Assembly (NCBI GenBank): GCA_017502165.1
Contig: JAFVVO010000005.1
Coordinates: 10,705 to 74,704 of the forward strand
Length of the DNA stretch: 64,000 bases
Source: Clostridia bacterium
GTDB taxonomy: Bacteria > Bacillota > Clostridia > Christensenellales > QALW01
Reading direction: 5' to 3'
Shown: in pieces, positions 53,124-61,331 of the stretch
Layout of the letters: each line of letters opens with the position of its first letter
How positions within the stretch are numbered: the first letter of the stretch is position 1
Translations under genes and position numbers: made by a program
The notes under the pieces: generated by a model
The model's database searches: none
Seen by the model: the letters and a program-made list of their open reading frames with translations, nothing else
What the model was told of the DNA's origin: nothing

Positions 53124-53792
53124 ATGTCGTTTTATTCATACAGAAACAGTGAAAATGACGTTTGCCCCGGCAGAATCAACGGCGATTGCACTATCGGTCT
53201 GACGGAAAGAGTTTGTATTCAGACAAAGAAAATATACGACTCTTGTATGCAGCAGGAGCAGTTAGACAATATCAGCGTGCGCCTGACGGATATTTGCCCC
53301 GGCAACACAAAATTTGAAGCACCCGTTACATTTATAAGCTGTCGCAGTACCGCAACAAAAGGCAGAATTCGTGACCTTTGCATTGACAGAATCTGCGACC
53401 GCCCAAACTTTGCAAGAGTTCGTTGCAAGGTGGATATTCCCGTTGAAATACTTTTTGAGGATAACTGCGGAAAAGAAGGCTCGGGCAGAGGTATTATTAC
53501 CGTTCACAAGGACGTTGTTCTTTTTGTTCCCGACGAGTCGATTATTCCTTTCGAAATTGATAACATAGTAAGTGCCATTTGCGTTATGGGATGCTATTTA
53601 GGCGAAAACACCTTCTGCCTTACCGCCTGCGTAACGGTAATATTAAAGGTTGTGGCGGAGGTTGAGCTGATGGTTCCATCCTACGGCTTCTGCCGTATTC
53701 CCCCTTGCGAAGAATTTGCAAGCGAGGTTTGCGACGAGTTTTTCAATCTTCCCTTGTTCCCACCTGCCATAAACGACAGATGCTGTAACTGA
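53124..53792 (+). CDS. hypothetical cysteine-rich protein (possible spore-associated protein)
   Basis: 222 aa with many Cys residues and no signal peptide or TM helix. It has a strong SD (AAGGAGGA) and its own terminator TCCTGCAGTC-ttttcgat-TGCAGGA plus T-run at about 53800-53832. I recognise no family. Confidence 0.55.
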   Translation: MSFYSYRNSENDVCPGRINGDCTIGLTERVCIQTKKIYDSCMQQEQLDNISVRLTDICPGNTKFEAPVTFISCRSTATKGRIRDLCIDRICDRPNFARVRCKVDIPVEILFEDNCGKEGSGRGIITVHKDVVLFVPDESIIPFEIDNIVSAICVMGCYLGENTFCLTACVTVILKVVAEVELMVPSYGFCRIPPCEEFASEVCDEFFNLPLFPPAINDRCCN

Positions 53793-53877
53793 TTTTTAAT
53801 CCTGCAGTCTTTTCGATTGCAGGATTTTTTGTATATTTATTCTGAAACGAACTAATACTTTTTATGAATTTTTAATA

Positions 53878-53906
53878 TTGACATTAAAACGGGAAAAAGT
53901 TAAAAT
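53878..53906 (+). promoter_or_regulatory. sigma-A type promoter (TTGACA-17 bp-TAAAAT) of yitT-like gene
   Basis: TTGACA at 53878-53883, a 17-bp spacer and TAAAAT at 53901-53906. Confidence 0.5.
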
Positions 53907-53939
53907 AAACGTGGATAAATTATCTTTTAAGGAGATTTT

Positions 53940-54926
53940 ATGAAGAAAAAAATAGGAAAAATTCTATTAGAATACCTCTTAATCGCCTTGGGCACGTTTT
54001 TGCTTGCCTTAGGTATAAATATGTTTTTGCTTCCGTTCAAGATTTCGTCCGGAGGCGTAAGCTCCATTGCTACGGTACTTTACTATCTTTTTGGAATTCC
54101 CCTTTCAGTTACCACAATATTATTTAACGCAGTTTTATTTATTTTCAGCTTTAAGTTTTTAGAAAAGTCGTCAATAATTAAAACTGTTGCGGGAATTGTT
54201 TTCTTATCGGGATTTTTAGAGGTGACCTCGCTTTTCCCCGTCTACACCGAGGATTTATTTATCGCAACGGTTATCGGCGGAGTTTTAATCGGCGCAGGCG
54301 TCGGACTTGTTATTCGCCAGGAGGCTTCCACCGGCGGAAGTGATTTTGCCGCGTTAATGCTCAGCAGAATATTCCCCCACATTTCAGTTGCGGTGCTGAT
54401 TATGATTATTGATTGCGCCATAGTTATTTTCTCGGGTTTGGTATTCAAGAGCATTACCATTATGTTTTATTCTGCCATTGCTCTGTTTATTGCTACCAAG
54501 GTTTCAGACGCCATCATCGTTATGGGTGACGTGGCTAAATCGGTTTATATTTTTTCTTCTAAAAACGACGAGATTTCATCAGCCATTATGGAAAAGTTTT
54601 CCCGCGGAGTTACGGGCATTTACAGTAAGGGTATGTATTCGGAAGCGGATTCTACAATGCTGTTATCGGTTGTAAGCCCTAAGGAGCTTCCCTTTTTGAT
54701 TCACCTTGTGCGCAGTATTGATAAAAACGCATTTATTATCGTTTACGATGCGAAAGAGGTTTTAGGCGAAGGCTTTAAGCAGGAAACCTCATACGATTTG
54801 CTTACGGCTAAAAAAGATAAGAAAAAGAAAGAGAAAAAAGTCAGAGAAAAAAAGGTTAAAGAAAAAAAGGTTAAAGAAAAAAAGGTTAAGGCAAAGAAGA
54901 TAAAGAAAAAGTCGATTGAGGAGTAA
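53940..54926 (+). CDS. YitT-family membrane protein (DUF2179 C-terminal domain) with a Lys-rich tail
   Basis: 328 aa with 5 TM helices, GGVSSIATVL and ASTGGSDFAA motifs, and a DUF2179-like domain (VYIFSSKNDEI...IIVYDAKEVLGEGF). The tail is KKDKKKKEKKVREKKVKEKKVKEKKVKAKKIKKK. Confidence 0.8.
   Translation: MKKKIGKILLEYLLIALGTFLLALGINMFLLPFKISSGGVSSIATVLYYLFGIPLSVTTILFNAVLFIFSFKFLEKSSIIKTVAGIVFLSGFLEVTSLFPVYTEDLFIATVIGGVLIGAGVGLVIRQEASTGGSDFAALMLSRIFPHISVAVLIMIIDCAIVIFSGLVFKSITIMFYSAIALFIATKVSDAIIVMGDVAKSVYIFSSKNDEISSAIMEKFSRGVTGIYSKGMYSEADSTMLLSVVSPKELPFLIHLVRSIDKNAFIIVYDAKEVLGEGFKQETSYDLLTAKKDKKKKEKKVREKKVKEKKVKEKKVKAKKIKKKSIEE
54846..54890 (+). repeat. 15-bp tandem repeat x3 (GAAAAAAAGGTTAAA) encoding EKKVK units
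   Basis: Units at 54846-54860, 54861-54875 and 54876-54890 (the last ends in G). Confidence 0.85.
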
Positions 54927-54989
54927 TATTTATTAGCGTCTGTCAAAAACACTTGACAGACGCTTATTGCTATGTTATTATACAGAAAA

Positions 54990-55250
54990 ATTAAACCTAT
55001 GATTAAGAATAGTAACCTTTAATAAAGCTTTCAGCGAATTGCCGACGGTGTGAGGGCAATAGTGGATTTTCAGGCGAATGGACTTATGAGGGCAGTCGAA
55101 AGCGCAAGCAAGTAGTACCTGACGGCTCGTACCCGTTACTGTACGGTTCATATTTTAGTATGATTAAAGTGGATGTTTTCATCAATTTGGGTGGCACCGC
55201 AGGATTCAGTCCTGTCCCTTATTTACGGGATAGGATTTTTTGTTTTTAGC
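54990..55250 (+). ncRNA. T-box leader, Trp-specific (specifier UGG), with terminator
   Basis: Stem I distal hairpin TTGCC-gacGGTGTGAg-GGCAA, specifier context GAA-TGG-A at 55079-55081, AGTAGTAC box, T-box sequence AATTTGGGTGGCACCGCAGG at 55184-55203, and terminator TCCTGTCCC-ttatttac-GGGATAGGA plus TTTTTT. The promoter TTGACA (54953)-17-TATTAT (54976) is upstream. Confidence 0.85.
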
Positions 55251-55380
55251 TGGTAGCCAATTAACCTCGAATTGCTGAATGCTGACATTGTTTCTAAGGA
55301 GTTTTTATGTTAACTAAACGATGGCGTTGATGCTAATTTTCAATTCAAAAATTAAATTCAACTAAATTAGGAGAAATAAA

Positions 55381-56598
55381 ATGAAAGTAAATAATATTGA
55401 TTTTGACACTTATTTGAAGAATTATCCCGATAAGGACGGATTTTTCGGCTCTTACGGCGGTGCTTACGTTTCCGACGAATTAAAGAAGGCTATGGATGAA
55501 ATCACCGAAGCATATTTCACCATCTGCAAATCAAGCAAGTTCATCAGCGAGCTTCGCAGAATACGCAGAGAGTTCCAGGGCAGACCTACCCCTATTTCCC
55601 ACCTTGAACGTCTTTCCGCTAAGCTTGGCAACGTTCAGCTTTACGCAAAACGTGAGGACTTAAACCACACGGGCGCTCACAAGCTTAATCACTGTATGGG
55701 TGAAGCTCTTTTAGCAAAGTATATGGGCAAAAAGAAGGTTATTGCCGAAACGGGCGCAGGTCAGCACGGTGTTGCACTTGCAACCGCCGCGGCATATTTC
55801 GGCCTTGAATGTGATATTTATATGGGCTCTGTTGACATTAAGAAGCAGGCTCCCAACGTTGCAAGAATGAAAATTTTAGGTGCAAACGTTGTTGAAGTAA
55901 CCCACGGCCTTGCAACCTTAAAGGAAGCCGTTGACGCTGCCTTTGAAGCATACACTAAAGAATATAAAGACAGCATCTATTGTATCGGCTCCGTTTTAGG
56001 TCCTCACCCCTTCCCCATGATGGTACGCGATTTCCAGAGCGTTGTGGGTATCGAAGCAAGAGAGCAGTTCCTTTCAATGACCGGCGAGCTTCCCGACGCA
56101 GTTGTTGCTTGCGTTGGCGGCGGCTCTAACTCAATGGGTATGTTCTCAGGCTTTTTGAATGATCCCGTTGAAATTTACGGTGTTGAGCCTTTAGGAAGAG
56201 GTCCCAAGCTTGGTGACCACGCCGCAAGCTTAAAATACGGCACCGAGGGTATTATGCACGGCTTCAACAGCATTATGCTTAAGGACGAAAACGGCGAGCC
56301 TGCTCCCGTTTACTCAGTTGCAAGCGGTCTTGACTATCCATCATCAGGCCCTGAGCACGCTTTCTTGCGTGATGCAGGCAGAGTTAAGTATGACGTTATT
56401 GACGACGAAGAAACTATTGAAGCTTTCTTCACACTTTCAAGATTAGAGGGCATTATCCCCGCTATTGAAAGCGCCCACGCCGTTGCCTACGGTATGAAGC
56501 TTGCCAAGGAAATGGGCAGAGGCTCCATTTTGATTAACCTTTCCGGCAGAGGCGACAAGGATATGGATTACATTATTGAAAAGTACGGTATAAGATAA
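55381..56598 (+). CDS. trpB: tryptophan synthase beta chain (stand-alone, no trpA adjacent)
   Basis: 405 aa with [22 protein letters not shown] (PLP Lys), [10 protein letters not shown] and GGGSNSMG. Confidence 0.88.
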   Translation: MKVNNIDFDTYLKNYPDKDGFFGSYGGAYVSDELKKAMDEITEAYFTICKSSKFISELRRIRREFQGRPTPISHLERLSAKLGNVQLYAKREDLNHTGAHKLNHCMGEALLAKYMGKKKVIAETGAGQHGVALATAAAYFGLECDIYMGSVDIKKQAPNVARMKILGANVVEVTHGLATLKEAVDAAFEAYTKEYKDSIYCIGSVLGPHPFPMMVRDFQSVVGIEAREQFLSMTGELPDAVVACVGGGSNSMGMFSGFLNDPVEIYGVEPLGRGPKLGDHAASLKYGTEGIMHGFNSIMLKDENGEPAPVYSVASGLDYPSSGPEHAFLRDAGRVKYDVIDDEETIEAFFTLSRLEGIIPAIESAHAVAYGMKLAKEMGRGSILINLSGRGDKDMDYIIEKYGIR

Positions 56599-56700
56599 TT
56601 TTAAGTACAAAAAAAGCACTCGGAAAATTCCGAGTGCTTAATTTTTAGCTCACAAAAAGTTTGTTAAAGGAGTTAATGTGAACTAAAACTTTTTAGTTAA

Positions 56701-57726
56701 TTATTCTTCTGGCGTGTCAACAGTTTCTTCTTTATCTTTTGCTTTAGCTTTTTTGGAAGTGATTACAACTACTGCTACCACTGCGCCAACAACTACTACG
56801 GCACCAATAGCAATCCAAATCCAAGGTAATCCTGCTTTGTCATCATCGCCCTCATTTTTGTTTGTATTATCATTGATGTTATCGTTAGCAGCAGTTGCTG
56901 TGGGTTTTGTTACAGGAGTTGCGGTTGCTGTAGGCTCAACAGCGTCACCGTCATTATTTTCGGGTTCAGGTGTTGCTGTGGGAATAGGTGTTGCAGTTGC
57001 TTCAGGTTCAGGAGTAGTATTAGCCGCAACATACTCTTCTGTATAATAAATTCCAATATTTTTAATCAATACTTCTTCAAAAAGTATAAGCTTGCCGTCT
57101 TTCGTTTCAGATGACTTAGGTTGATGTGCACCATTCATTTCGTCAAAGCAGAACGTCCAGTTAGAAGTCATAGCACACTCTATTTGAGCCTTTGTTAAAT
57201 AGAGATCTAACGTAAAGAGTGACCATCCTTCATCATTAAGGGCTACTCTTTTTGTTGTAATTCTACCGATAATATTTACACCGTCGGTTGTTTTGAAAAT
57301 TGCATCTGAGCCATCAAGAGCATCTTCATAAGCAGAGTTCCATGCATCTGCATCACCATTTGCAACAGAGCCACCTCTAACTCTCATAATAGGCTTGGCG
57401 CTGGTTCTGCGACCTTCAAATCCTTCTGCCCATTTTGTATGGATTTCAAATGCTAAGGTAACTTCAACTTCTTCCTCGTCACCAAGAGCTGCTTTAATTG
57501 CAGGAAGAATATCAAATCCCAAGGAATAGTATCTGTAAGCAATATTTGCTCCCGAGAATACGGTTTCGCCATCAACAGTTTTTCTTGCAACTTCCGCACC
57601 GATGCCAACGGGATCCATAGTTTCCATATCGTAGAAGTTTTGTATTTCAGCATTTACATTAAAATTGGTTGTTGCCATCGAAAACACAATAGCCACTGCA
57701 AGCAAAAGGGTAATAATTTTTTTCAT
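56701..57726 (-). CDS. hypothetical cell-surface protein (signal peptide, Thr/Pro-rich linker, C-terminal TM anchor)
   Basis: 341 aa with the signal peptide MKKIITLLLAVAIVFSMA, a ~220-aa domain, a TPEPEATATPIPTATPEPE linker, the anchor LPWIWIAIGAVVVVGAVVAVVVI and a KKAKAK tail. Confidence 0.6.
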   Translation of the reverse strand: MKKIITLLLAVAIVFSMATTNFNVNAEIQNFYDMETMDPVGIGAEVARKTVDGETVFSGANIAYRYYSLGFDILPAIKAALGDEEEVEVTLAFEIHTKWAEGFEGRRTSAKPIMRVRGGSVANGDADAWNSAYEDALDGSDAIFKTTDGVNIIGRITTKRVALNDEGWSLFTLDLYLTKAQIECAMTSNWTFCFDEMNGAHQPKSSETKDGKLILFEEVLIKNIGIYYTEEYVAANTTPEPEATATPIPTATPEPENNDGDAVEPTATATPVTKPTATAANDNINDNTNKNEGDDDKAGLPWIWIAIGAVVVVGAVVAVVVITSKKAKAKDKEETVDTPEE

Positions 57727-57946
57727 TACTTTCTCTCCTTAAATTTTATTTGCAAAATTCTTTTGCTAATGCATATTATAATGTACATTAAATAAAAGTC
57801 AATATCTATGGTCACATATGCGAAAAATGTTATATTATTATACGAAATATTTTATATTCACTTCAACATAATAATAAAAGACGACTTAACGCCGTCTTTG
57901 TTTTTAGATGACAAACGATTATATATTGCAAACTAAAAAATATTCG

Positions 57947-57975
57947 TTGACTTCATTCATTTAATTTGTTACTAT
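57947..57975 (+). promoter_or_regulatory. sigma-A type promoter (TTGACT-17 bp-TACTAT) of the MATE leader
   Basis: TTGACT at 57947-57952, a 17-bp spacer and TACTAT at 57970-57975. Confidence 0.55.
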
Positions 57976-57981
57976 ATAAAT

Positions 57982-58132
57982 GTAAATTGCGACTTTAAGC
58001 TACGGGATAAATACCACATGCTTGACAGGTGTGGTACTATCCGGCAAATGCACTTCTGGTCGTGGACTCGTAAACTACGGGATTATTGTCACGTTTTTTA
58101 GGCGTCTGCGATTTTGTGCAGACGTCTTTTTT
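57982..58132 (+). promoter_or_regulatory. structured 5' leader with intrinsic terminator upstream of the MATE gene (unclassified riboswitch or attenuator candidate)
   Basis: Long hairpin GGGATAaaTACCACA-tgcttgacagg-TGTGGTAcTATCC, a duplicated CTACGGGAT (58010 and 58074), and the terminator CGTCTGC-gattttgt-GCAGACG plus TTTTTT (58101-58132), 38 nt before the ATG. Confidence 0.5.
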
Positions 58133-58170
58133 GTCGCCTTTACTAATATTAAGAAAAGGGGGAAAACAAT

Positions 58171-59496
58171 ATGTTTTCCAAAATTAAACTGTCATTAAAA
58201 AACATCAATTACAAACTCTACTTCGCACTCCTCGTTTTAGGACTTGCGCCCACAGTGTACACAACTTTGCGTGTGTTTTTCCTTGGCTCACTTCCCGGCG
58301 AATATTCATTCTCAATAGCAGGGCAATTGTCGTGGGTAAATCTGCTTTATGAAATCATAAACGAGGCAATTATTTTGCCACTTTTCTATTTCATCGGCAA
58401 GGTGGCAACCGATAAAAAAGAGTTCACTAACCGAGTAAAAACAGGAATGTTAATGTCATTAGGTGTTTATCTTGTTTTATCTGCTTTCATTATTTGCTTT
58501 ACAAAACCGCTTTTGTCACTAATGGCAACAGATGCAAGTATTATTGATGCATCGGCTACATATATCCGTATTGAAAGTGTCGCAAACATATTTTTAATAC
58601 TTACACAATTTACGCTCGTTGCACTTGTCACAATAAACAAAAGCAAATATCTTTATATCTTAACCTTTACAAGACTTGTGCTAAGCCTTGTTTGTGATAC
58701 GTTCCTTGTTTCAATGTTGCCCATATCTCTAAACCTTGGTGTAAACGGGATTGGATACTCAAATATTATCGTTAATATTGTTTTGCTCTGCATATCCTTT
58801 TTACTTCTTGATAAAGAAAAGGTTAATGTGTTCGAAAAAACAAGACTAAGTTTTGTTTGGGCGAAAGAATTTATTAAAATAGGTAGTATTTCAGGATTTG
58901 AATCCCTCGTTCGCAATGTTGCTTATATGGTTATGATTTCCCGAATGGTCAATGTTGTGGGCGAGCAAGGCACCTATTGGGTTGCCAATAACTTTATTTG
59001 GGGTTGGCTTCTTCTGCCTGTTCTACAACTTGGAGAACTCATAAAGCAAGAAACCGCCATAGATAAAGATAATATCCGCAAAAACAGTCTTGGATACTTT
59101 GGACTTACTGCGATTATCTCTGCTCTTTGGTTTATAAGCATTCCGCTTTGGAAGCCTTTTATGTCAAATGTCTTACAGTTTACCGACGTGAATAAACTGT
59201 TTGAACTTGTGCTTGTTCTTATCGGATTTTATGTGTTATACGCCTTCCAAAATGTGTTTGACTCTATATTCTATGGACTTGGCAAAACAAACTATATGCT
59301 TTTTGAATCAGTAGTAACTAACACAATTTACTATGGGATTGCGTTCATTTTGTATCTAACGAACGTGTGGACACCGTCGCTTATAGGAATTGCCTTACTT
59401 TTCGGTATCGGCAATGCCTTTGATAGCATTGTTTCACTTGGTGCATTTGCATATATGCTTAAAAAGGAAAAGATAAGTATTCTTAAGATAGAATAA
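58171..59496 (+). CDS. MATE-family efflux transporter
   Basis: 441 aa with 12 predicted TM helices and MATE-like length and topology. SD AAGGGGG. The terminator GGAAGtACGA-agat-TTCGTgCTTCC plus TTTTTT is at about 59582-59612. Confidence 0.7.
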   Translation: MFSKIKLSLKNINYKLYFALLVLGLAPTVYTTLRVFFLGSLPGEYSFSIAGQLSWVNLLYEIINEAIILPLFYFIGKVATDKKEFTNRVKTGMLMSLGVYLVLSAFIICFTKPLLSLMATDASIIDASATYIRIESVANIFLILTQFTLVALVTINKSKYLYILTFTRLVLSLVCDTFLVSMLPISLNLGVNGIGYSNIIVNIVLLCISFLLLDKEKVNVFEKTRLSFVWAKEFIKIGSISGFESLVRNVAYMVMISRMVNVVGEQGTYWVANNFIWGWLLLPVLQLGELIKQETAIDKDNIRKNSLGYFGLTAIISALWFISIPLWKPFMSNVLQFTDVNKLFELVLVLIGFYVLYAFQNVFDSIFYGLGKTNYMLFESVVTNTIYYGIAFILYLTNVWTPSLIGIALLFGIGNAFDSIVSLGAFAYMLKKEKISILKIE

Positions 59497-59653
59497 AATC
59501 CAATGAGTTTTAGAGCCTACTAAAAATCAGAAAATTGCCTTGCCTTTGTTCTGCTTGATTCAGCATAAGACAAAATTAAAGGAAGTACGAAGATTTCGTG
59601 CTTCCTTTTTTCTGTCCTTTATTATATAACTCTTAACTCGTTCCCTTTATTTT

Positions 59654-60571
59654 TTATAACCCTGCGGCTCTGCGCACGCAAGCCTGATGGTCAGAGTCTA
59701 TTTTGTTTGAGCAATGTGTTCTGCTATTCTTAAAGTGAATGCAATAGTGTCCGGTAAGATTGTTGCCCGAAATAGCGTCATATCCGTGGGGATAGCCGTG
59801 ATATGATGCGGCTATTCTGTAGCCGTTAACTAAAACTATGCAGGAGTGACGCTTCCAGTTCTTATAGTATTTGCCAAGTGCCTGCTTGTAAAGGGCGGTA
59901 TCGGATGAGCTTACGGGCTCAACGTCAGCATGCTTGCTTCCGCCGGTGCGCTTAACCTTCCAGGAAACGCCGGTGTCAAAGTCGATAACCGTTGCAACGG
60001 TTTTCTTGGGGAATATGTTTTTAACAGTTGACCAATCAAGATAGTCACCCGTTTTTACTTTGCCTGCATTTGAAGATACGGTGTTACCACCTGTGTTAGA
60101 ATTGCTTGAAGAAGACGAGCTTGGTTTCTTTGTGGGTTTGGGCGTTGGCTTAGGTGTAGCGGTTGGCTTTGGTGTAGGCGACGGAGTATTGCCGAATCTG
60201 TCCGCATCAGCATCGATGGCGTCCATTGGCATTCTTACTGCGCTATTACTGTAAAGCGCCTCTGTGGTCTCGCTTCCTACCTTGCCCGTTTGCTCAATAT
60301 TATTGTATTTCTGGAACAGCTTTACTGCGTATTCCGTCAAGGACCCGAAGTAGCCCGTTACCTTATAATTATAATATCCTAAATCCTGCAATCTGCATTG
60401 AAGATTAACTACCTCAAAGCCGTTATCGTCAAGCTTAATAACCTTTTCCTCAATTGGTGCGGTGGCGGTAGCGGAAATGCCCGTATCAAGCTCTTCGGCA
60501 GAAACGGGGGTTAAAAACGTAGTAAAGGCAAGTATTGCAAGCACAATACCTACTAAATAATGCTTTAACAT
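59654..60571 (-). CDS. secreted peptidoglycan-binding-domain protein
   Basis: The start was set at the ATG at 60571 (MLKHYLVGIVLAILAF...SAEE), which has AAGGAGG upstream. It has a PG_binding_1-like repeat (LQCRLQDLGYYNYKVTGYFGSLTEYAVKLFQ), a PT-rich linker and a C-terminal His/Cys-containing domain of unknown type. The track's 70-aa N-terminal extension is not credible. Confidence 0.7.
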   Translation of the reverse strand: MLKHYLVGIVLAILAFTTFLTPVSAEELDTGISATATAPIEEKVIKLDDNGFEVVNLQCRLQDLGYYNYKVTGYFGSLTEYAVKLFQKYNNIEQTGKVGSETTEALYSNSAVRMPMDAIDADADRFGNTPSPTPKPTATPKPTPKPTKKPSSSSSSNSNTGGNTVSSNAGKVKTGDYLDWSTVKNIFPKKTVATVIDFDTGVSWKVKRTGGSKHADVEPVSSSDTALYKQALGKYYKNWKRHSCIVLVNGYRIAASYHGYPHGYDAISGNNLTGHYCIHFKNSRTHCSNKIDSDHQACVRRAAGL

Positions 60572-60611
60572 TTTCTCGCCTCCTTGCCTAATTGTTACTT
60601 TTCTATTACAA

Positions 60612-60640
60612 ATTGTATCAGTTTTTAGTAAGAAAGTCAA
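60612..60640 (-). promoter_or_regulatory. sigma-A consensus promoter (TTGACT-17 bp-TACAAT) of the PG-binding protein gene
   Basis: On the minus strand, TTGACT (60640-60635), a 17-bp spacer and TACAAT (60617-60612). Confidence 0.6.
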
Positions 60641-60676
60641 TAGTTTTTTATTAAATGCGGTTTGGAGAAAATTGGA

Positions 60677-60711
60677 AAACAAAAGAACGGTCAGATTTGC
60701 TGACCGTTCTT
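60677..60711 (-). terminator. intrinsic terminator after the hypothetical gene 60778-61275
   Basis: Minus-strand hairpin AAGAACGGTCAG-caaat-CTGACCGTTCTT followed by TTGTTTT. Confidence 0.8.
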
Positions 60712-60740
60712 TGTTGTGAATTGTGTAGTTTGGGTTATTT

Positions 60741-60772
60741 ATGTGACAGGAGAACCTTCTCTGTGTCACCTG
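60741..60772. repeat. 32-bp inverted repeat, left copy (partner at 61297-61328)
   Basis: Its reverse complement CAGGTGACACAGAGAAGGTTCTCCTGTCACAT matches the right copy at 27 of 32 positions. It is also an internal hairpin, GTGACA-N15-TGTCAC. Confidence 0.8.
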
Positions 60773-60777
60773 AGATA

Positions 60778-61275
60778 TCATCCTATAAAAAAACTCGTTC
60801 GTCCATCATCTTTTTCCGTAATAAACGACAGCTTATTTCCATAATACTTTTTACAGGATTTTGCAATAACATTAACGATATTCTCACGTTTTGCATATAA
60901 ATCCACATAACAGTCCGCACACAAAAGTGCGATTTCACAACTACTATTACAAAAGCCATCATAATCTATAATTTCTTCAGGATGTAGGCTCATCCCCTCA
61001 GGAACAGCAAGGATTCTCGCATGTATTATGTAATATGGGAACAAATCGATTTGTTCAGAAAAGATTTTACCTTTATATATAGCAGGTTGAAGGAACTCGC
61101 TATCAGCTCGCTTGATTTTTTCGTTAAAATAAATAATTTCACTATTAGTAACATACCAATCGTATTTATCAATGTTAATATCTTCAAAAATCTTGGCAAA
61201 ATGCTTATCATAATCTTCAAACTGAAATCTTATGCCTATTTTTTTATCCAATTCACGCATTCCTTTCATTAACAT
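60778..61275 (-). CDS. hypothetical protein (AT-rich gene, no signal peptide or TM helix)
   Basis: About 165 aa if started at the ATG at 61275 (MLMKGMRELDKK). The start is uncertain because there is no clear SD. The track's longer N-terminus translates the right inverted-repeat hairpin. I recognise no family with confidence. Confidence 0.5.
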   Translation of the reverse strand: MLMKGMRELDKKIGIRFQFEDYDKHFAKIFEDINIDKYDWYVTNSEIIYFNEKIKRADSEFLQPAIYKGKIFSEQIDLFPYYIIHARILAVPEGMSLHPEEIIDYDGFCNSSCEIALLCADCYVDLYAKRENIVNVIAKSCKKYYGNKLSFITEKDDGRTSFFIG

Positions 61276-61296
61276 GTTACCATTTGCACACCCCGC

Positions 61297-61328
61297 CAGG
61301 TGACAAGGGGACGGTTCTCTTGTCACAT
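61297..61328. repeat. 32-bp inverted repeat, right copy
   Basis: CAGGTGACAAGGGGACGGTTCTCTTGTCACAT, with the internal hairpin GTGACAAG-N11-CTTGTCAC. It ends 3 nt from the queH stop codon. Confidence 0.8.
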
Positions 61329-61331
61329 TTT

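Noticed and set aside
57809-57937. 42-codon plus-strand ORF (MVTYAKNVILLYEIFYIHFNIIIKDDLTPSLFLDDKRLYIAN)
   Set aside because: It has no ribosome-binding site, lies in AT-rich intergenic sequence and reads through a terminator-like hairpin.
58010-58132. Confident assignment of the MATE leader to the guanidine-IV (mepA) class
   Set aside because: I could not find complementarity between the first hairpin loop (UGCUUGACAGG) and the terminator loop (GAUUUUGU), and I cannot recall the consensus well enough. It is reported only as an unclassified candidate.
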